Shown piece after piece: positions 60,404 through 64,000 of a stretch of 64,000 bases of DNA. The position numbers were made by a program, and so were the translations under genes. The notes below the pieces were generated by a model. That model searched no databases and had not been told where the DNA came from. It saw only the letters and a list, made by a program, of their open reading frames with translations. Within the stretch, counting starts at the first letter, position 1. Each line of letters starts with the position of its first letter. This DNA comes from Nitrospinota bacterium (GTDB taxonomy: Bacteria; UBA8248), in assembly GCA_046581755.1 (NCBI GenBank), contig JAYGFR010000031.1:11039-75038 (forward strand), read 5' to 3'.

Positions 60404-62290
60404 TTATACCTTAGCCGCGGCTTCTTTTCCCCAAAGCGGTTCGATCAGTTCATCGAGATCCAGTTCGGCCAGTGTCTCCGGCGTGGGCCGGCCCGATTTC
60501 CGATCGTAGCCGACGGTTTCATACCAGACGTCGAGTATTTTCTCCCAGTGCTCCATGATGCCCACCCCCTTGAGAGGGCCATCCACCGGGGTGGAGCCGT
60601 AGCGCTTCGAAGGCCGCTCAAGCTCCGGGCCGATGCCGCACCGAAGATTGAAAGCGCGCAGGAGCGTCGCCGTTCTCCGGCCGTTGGTCATCGCCTCATC
60701 GCGCCGGATGTCCCATCCCGTCGCCGCCTCCAGGGAGCGGCAAAGCACATCCAGGCGGACGCGGGTGGTGAATACGCACGCGCCCAGCGAGTCCTCAAAA
60801 TACCGCCTGCCCCGCATGGTTCCCACCAGCCGGGGAACCGCCACGGGGTCCTGGGCGTCCGTCCGGGCCGGAAGGCCCAACTCTGTCGGAAAGACGGCGG
60901 GCGCCGAATCCATCGTCCCGCCGCCGCCCGTGCAGGTGTCGAGCATCTCCTCCCACCTGGAGCGGTGGTCGTGCCCGCGCGGCGAGTCGCCCTTTATCGT
61001 GTATATGGCGCAATCCGCCGCCTCCCCCCCGATCTTCTCGGAGGCCCGCTTCACCCCCTCGGCCAGAAGGTCGCCCATTCCCTCGCGCCGGCAAATCATC
61101 TGGAGCAGGCGGTTCGACCCCTCGGCATCCCCCCATTCGAGGTGGAAACCGAGATCCTCATCGCTGATGTAGCCCTTTTCCTGGCACTCCATCACCCACC
61201 CGCAGAGCCAGCCCCACTCGTTCACATCCACGCAGGCCCGGTCCACCTGTGTATTCAACCAGGCCACCTCGGTGGGCTCGGTGCAGCCGGTGGCCCATCC
61301 CGCACCCGACCAGCCCTCATACTCGGGCTCATCGACAATCTCGCCCTTGTGAGCTCCGGATGGGATTACCTGCATGTGGCAGTGATACATCCCGCAGGAG
61401 TTGCACTGATGGCCACGGTGTTCGAATCCTTCCCGGAGGCTGGGCGCCTCCCATTTTTTGGTTTCCACTTCCTCGGGCCACTCGTTGGTCGTGTAGTTGC
61501 GGATGGGCAGCGCACCCATTCCGTACAGGTTCCGGACCCCGCCCAGGGTCCCGTACATATAAAGGCCTTTCGTGCTCGGATCGTTTTTAAGACTGTGCAC
61601 GATTTCGTCCGCAGCGGCGTAAAGCGCCTTCATGTGCGCGACGGAAATTCCCTTGCCGCCCCGCTCGATGACGACGGCCTTGACCTTTTTGCTTCCCATG
61701 ACCGCGCCGCAGCCGTTCTTGCTCGCCACGTGGCCGTAGTCACCCTGGATTGCGGCGAAGCGGATGAGGTTCTCGCCGGCCGGTCCGATCGAATACACGC
61801 TGAGCTGGTGGCCGCTCAATCCAATCTCTTTTTCGAGAGCCTGCTGGGTTTCCCAGGTGTCCTTGCCCAATAGATGCGACGCGTCCTTGAGGTCCACCCG
61901 GTCTCCCTGGATATGGACATAGACCCACCCTTCGGACCTTCCCTGAAGAACGAGGGCGTCATAGCCGCAAAGCTTGATGTTCGCCCCAAAAAATCCGTTG
62001 GCGTTCGTGTTCGTGCCGCCGCCCGTCATCGCGCCCCGCGTGACAACGGTCAGGCCCCCAGTGCCCCAGATGGGCAGGCCGGCCAACGGACCCGTGGCCA
62101 TGACCAGGCGGTTTTCCGGGTGGTCCCATGTAACTTCGGGAGGGACTTCCTCCCAGAGAATTTTGGCTCCCAGCCCCGCGCCGCCTATATATTTCCGTTG
62201 ATCCTCGGGCGAAAACGGATCGGCCCAAGTCTTCCCCGCCGAAAGGTCCACTCGAAGGATTTGTCCCGCATATGCGTATGATTCGCTCAA
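60404..62290 (-). CDS. Aldehyde:ferredoxin oxidoreductase family (tungstopterin) subunit
   Basis: ILRVDLS, YIGG.GLG, IGPAGEN, GAVMGSKKVKA, CNSCGMYHC, EPEYE, DSLGAC. Confidence 0.9.
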   Translation of the reverse strand: MSESYAYAGQILRVDLSAGKTWADPFSPEDQRKYIGGAGLGAKILWEEVPPEVTWDHPENRLVMATGPLAGLPIWGTGGLTVVTRGAMTGGGTNTNANGFFGANIKLCGYDALVLQGRSEGWVYVHIQGDRVDLKDASHLLGKDTWETQQALEKEIGLSGHQLSVYSIGPAGENLIRFAAIQGDYGHVASKNGCGAVMGSKKVKAVVIERGGKGISVAHMKALYAAADEIVHSLKNDPSTKGLYMYGTLGGVRNLYGMGALPIRNYTTNEWPEEVETKKWEAPSLREGFEHRGHQCNSCGMYHCHMQVIPSGAHKGEIVDEPEYEGWSGAGWATGCTEPTEVAWLNTQVDRACVDVNEWGWLCGWVMECQEKGYISDEDLGFHLEWGDAEGSNRLLQMICRREGMGDLLAEGVKRASEKIGGEAADCAIYTIKGDSPRGHDHRSRWEEMLDTCTGGGGTMDSAPAVFPTELGLPARTDAQDPVAVPRLVGTMRGRRYFEDSLGACVFTTRVRLDVLCRSLEAATGWDIRRDEAMTNGRRTATLLRAFNLRCGIGPELERPSKRYGSTPVDGPLKGVGIMEHWEKILDVWYETVGYDRKSGRPTPETLAELDLDELIEPLWGKEAAAKV

Positions 62291-62307
62291 GGTCGCTTCT
62301 CCCGATT

Positions 62308-63639
62308 CTATGAAGATAGGGCGATATCCCGCTCCGGCACTGATGGCCGGCCCAAAAGCGTCTGCGGAATCAACTCTCCCGCGGCGCCCGTAGCGAGATA
62401 TGCGCGCTTGATATCAAAAGGGTTGTTTTTCAGGTGACTCTTCCACTCGGAAAGGTCGCGCCCGGTCTGGACGAGACCCTTGAGCATTCCCACATCGTTG
62501 GTCGTCCAAATGTCCCGGGTCTTCCCAAGAATGATGGCGCCGACCAGCCGTCCTCCCCGGAAGAGGAGCTTCCGGTAGGCCGGTCGATCGGCCTGAAGGG
62601 CTTCGGCCGTCTCCGCCTCGGCGTCGTCCCAGCTTCCGAAGCTGGCAATCTCAAGATCGATCACATCGACGATGTTCATGAGCAGGCTGCCCGAATAGGC
62701 CGTGTCCACACCGGCCATGTTGGCGCCGACCACACGCCCGTGCTCCATTGCGGTCGGCTCGATGGCGTGGACCGCCTTGCCCTCGGTTACCCGGTCGGGG
62801 CCTTCGGCGACATCGCCCGCGGCGTACACGTTGGATTCGCTCGAGCGGAGGTGATCGTTTACAACGACCCCCTGGTTCACTTCGATTCCCGATCCTTCGA
62901 GCCAATCCAAATTCGTCTTGATTCCGGTGGCCATGATGACGAAATCGGCCTCGATGTCTACATCCTCCTTGAGCTTGACTACCTTACCGCCGTCCGGGCC
63001 ATCCTCGATGGCAGTCACCTCCACCCCGGCCTTAATCTTCACGCCGCGCTCTTCGAGCCAGCCCTGAACGATTCTCGCACCCGTATCGTCCACCATGCGC
63101 GGGAGGATTCTCGGAGCGATCTCGACTATGGTCAGCACGGCGCCCCGCTTGACCAGGGCATTCAGGATGGTGAACGAGATGAAGCCCGCGCCGATCATTG
63201 CGACGCGCGTGCCCGGCTTCAGGACGCCGGCCACCTCGCGCGCCTGATCAAGCGTCCAAAAGCTGTGAACGCCCGGGCCGTCCGCGCCGGGAATGGGGGC
63301 ACGGACCGGCGAGGAACCCGTTGCGATGAGCAAATCGTCGTAGGCGATCTCTTCATCGTCATCGAGGATGAGTTTGTTGTCGTTGGGATTCAGCCCGGCC
63401 CCCCGGCGGTCGAACCGGGTTTCCACGCCAAGCGCTTCCAGGCGGGATTCACCGGCCGTGAATACGTGCGCCTCCCCGATTTCCTGGGCCAGGTAATACG
63501 GGAGAACCATCCGCGAGTAGGGGTTCTCGTCCGATACGAGAATAATTTCCGATTCGCCCCCGTCGATCTCACGAATCGTCGTAATGGCATTCCAGCCGGC
63601 GGTTCCCCCGCCGACGATGACGTGACGTTTGGCAGCCAT
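62308..63639 (-). CDS. FAD/NAD(P)H-dependent oxidoreductase (AOR partner)
   Basis: IVGGGTAG, LLIATGS, IGAGFI, VYAAGDVA. Confidence 0.88.
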   Translation of the reverse strand: MAAKRHVIVGGGTAGWNAITTIREIDGGESEIILVSDENPYSRMVLPYYLAQEIGEAHVFTAGESRLEALGVETRFDRRGAGLNPNDNKLILDDDEEIAYDDLLIATGSSPVRAPIPGADGPGVHSFWTLDQAREVAGVLKPGTRVAMIGAGFISFTILNALVKRGAVLTIVEIAPRILPRMVDDTGARIVQGWLEERGVKIKAGVEVTAIEDGPDGGKVVKLKEDVDIEADFVIMATGIKTNLDWLEGSGIEVNQGVVVNDHLRSSESNVYAAGDVAEGPDRVTEGKAVHAIEPTAMEHGRVVGANMAGVDTAYSGSLLMNIVDVIDLEIASFGSWDDAEAETAEALQADRPAYRKLLFRGGRLVGAIILGKTRDIWTTNDVGMLKGLVQTGRDLSEWKSHLKNNPFDIKRAYLATGAAGELIPQTLLGRPSVPERDIALSS

Positions 63640-63640
63640 A

Positions 63641-64000
63641 TCAGTTTACCCCCGGTGCAAGCGCACCGCCGGGGCCGTGCGTACGCTCTTCGGCGAACGG
63701 TCCGACCCAATCCGCGGTCTCGGTCTCTTCGTACAGGATGGCGTCGCGCGGGCAGACGTCCACGCAGGCAGGCGCTCCCCCGCAAAGGTCGCACTTAAAA
63801 GCCTTATGGCGATCGGGATCGTAGAACATCGTCCCGTACGGACAGGCAATCGTGCAAAGCTTGCAACCGACGCAAATATCATCCACGACATCCTTTGCAC
63901 CCGCCGGGCTGATCAGAATGGCCTCGACGGGACAGGCCGTCATGCACCACCCCTCGTCGCATTGCAGACAGGTGTATGGGGCGTAACTGGTGTGATTTTC
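63641..64000 (-). CDS. 4Fe-4S dicluster subunit (5'-truncated by window edge)
   Basis: CLQC....CMTACP, CVGCKLCTIACP, KCDLC....ACVDVCP. Confidence 0.9.
   Translation of the reverse strand, partial: ENHTSYAPYTCLQCDEGWCMTACPVEAILISPAGAKDVVDDICVGCKLCTIACPYGTMFYDPDRHKAFKCDLCGGAPACVDVCPRDAILYEETETADWVGPFAEERTHGPGGALAPGVN

Noticed and set aside
2291..63798. Long antisense or alternative-frame ORFs in the track (e.g. 2291-3508, 45945-47588, 60548-61873, 62434-63798)
   Set aside because: Shadow ORFs expected from high-GC codon bias opposite well-supported genes; no family motifs.
1..64000. Genome-wide UGA reassignment (Trp or Gly) as the explanation for the in-frame TGAs
   Set aside because: Many genes end at TGA at their expected C-termini (typA, HDOD, dinB, the FIST and mazE ATGA overlaps), TGG is used for Trp, and four of the five internal TGAs align with Cys/Sec positions.

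Overview
GC-rich bacterial chromosomal window with about 68 genes, mostly housekeeping and catabolic. It includes bioF, crcB, a split futalosine menaquinone cluster (mqnE, mqnA, mqnC and a deaminase), thrB, pncA, an RNA methyltransferase-lexA-dinB operon, uvrA, ggt, typA, glyA, otsA and an aldehyde:ferredoxin oxidoreductase operon. No rRNA, tRNA, cas or transposase genes were recognised. The main hidden signal is a set of four probable selenoproteins that the ORF track splits or misses: a 90-aa CMD/AhpD-like protein (CxxU), two paralogous OsmC-like proteins (GF-U-LLTQ) and a stand-alone PrdB/GrdB-family protein (UxxC). In each, an in-frame TGA sits at the family's catalytic Cys/Sec position and is followed by a hairpin whose apical loop begins with GG at +18 to +20, the geometry of a bacterial SECIS. 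The two OsmC paralogues show a compensatory base-pair change in that stem. Other oddities are a degenerate 66-67-nt-period palindromic repeat array with a 100-nt structured insertion, an orphan consensus promoter with a dyad filling a 19-bp spacer, an apparently catalytically degenerate mazEF pair, a candidate GTTC-N7-GTTY SOS box and several homopolymer frameshifts or in-frame stops that may be sequencing errors. All family calls come from motif recognition by eye; no searches were run.
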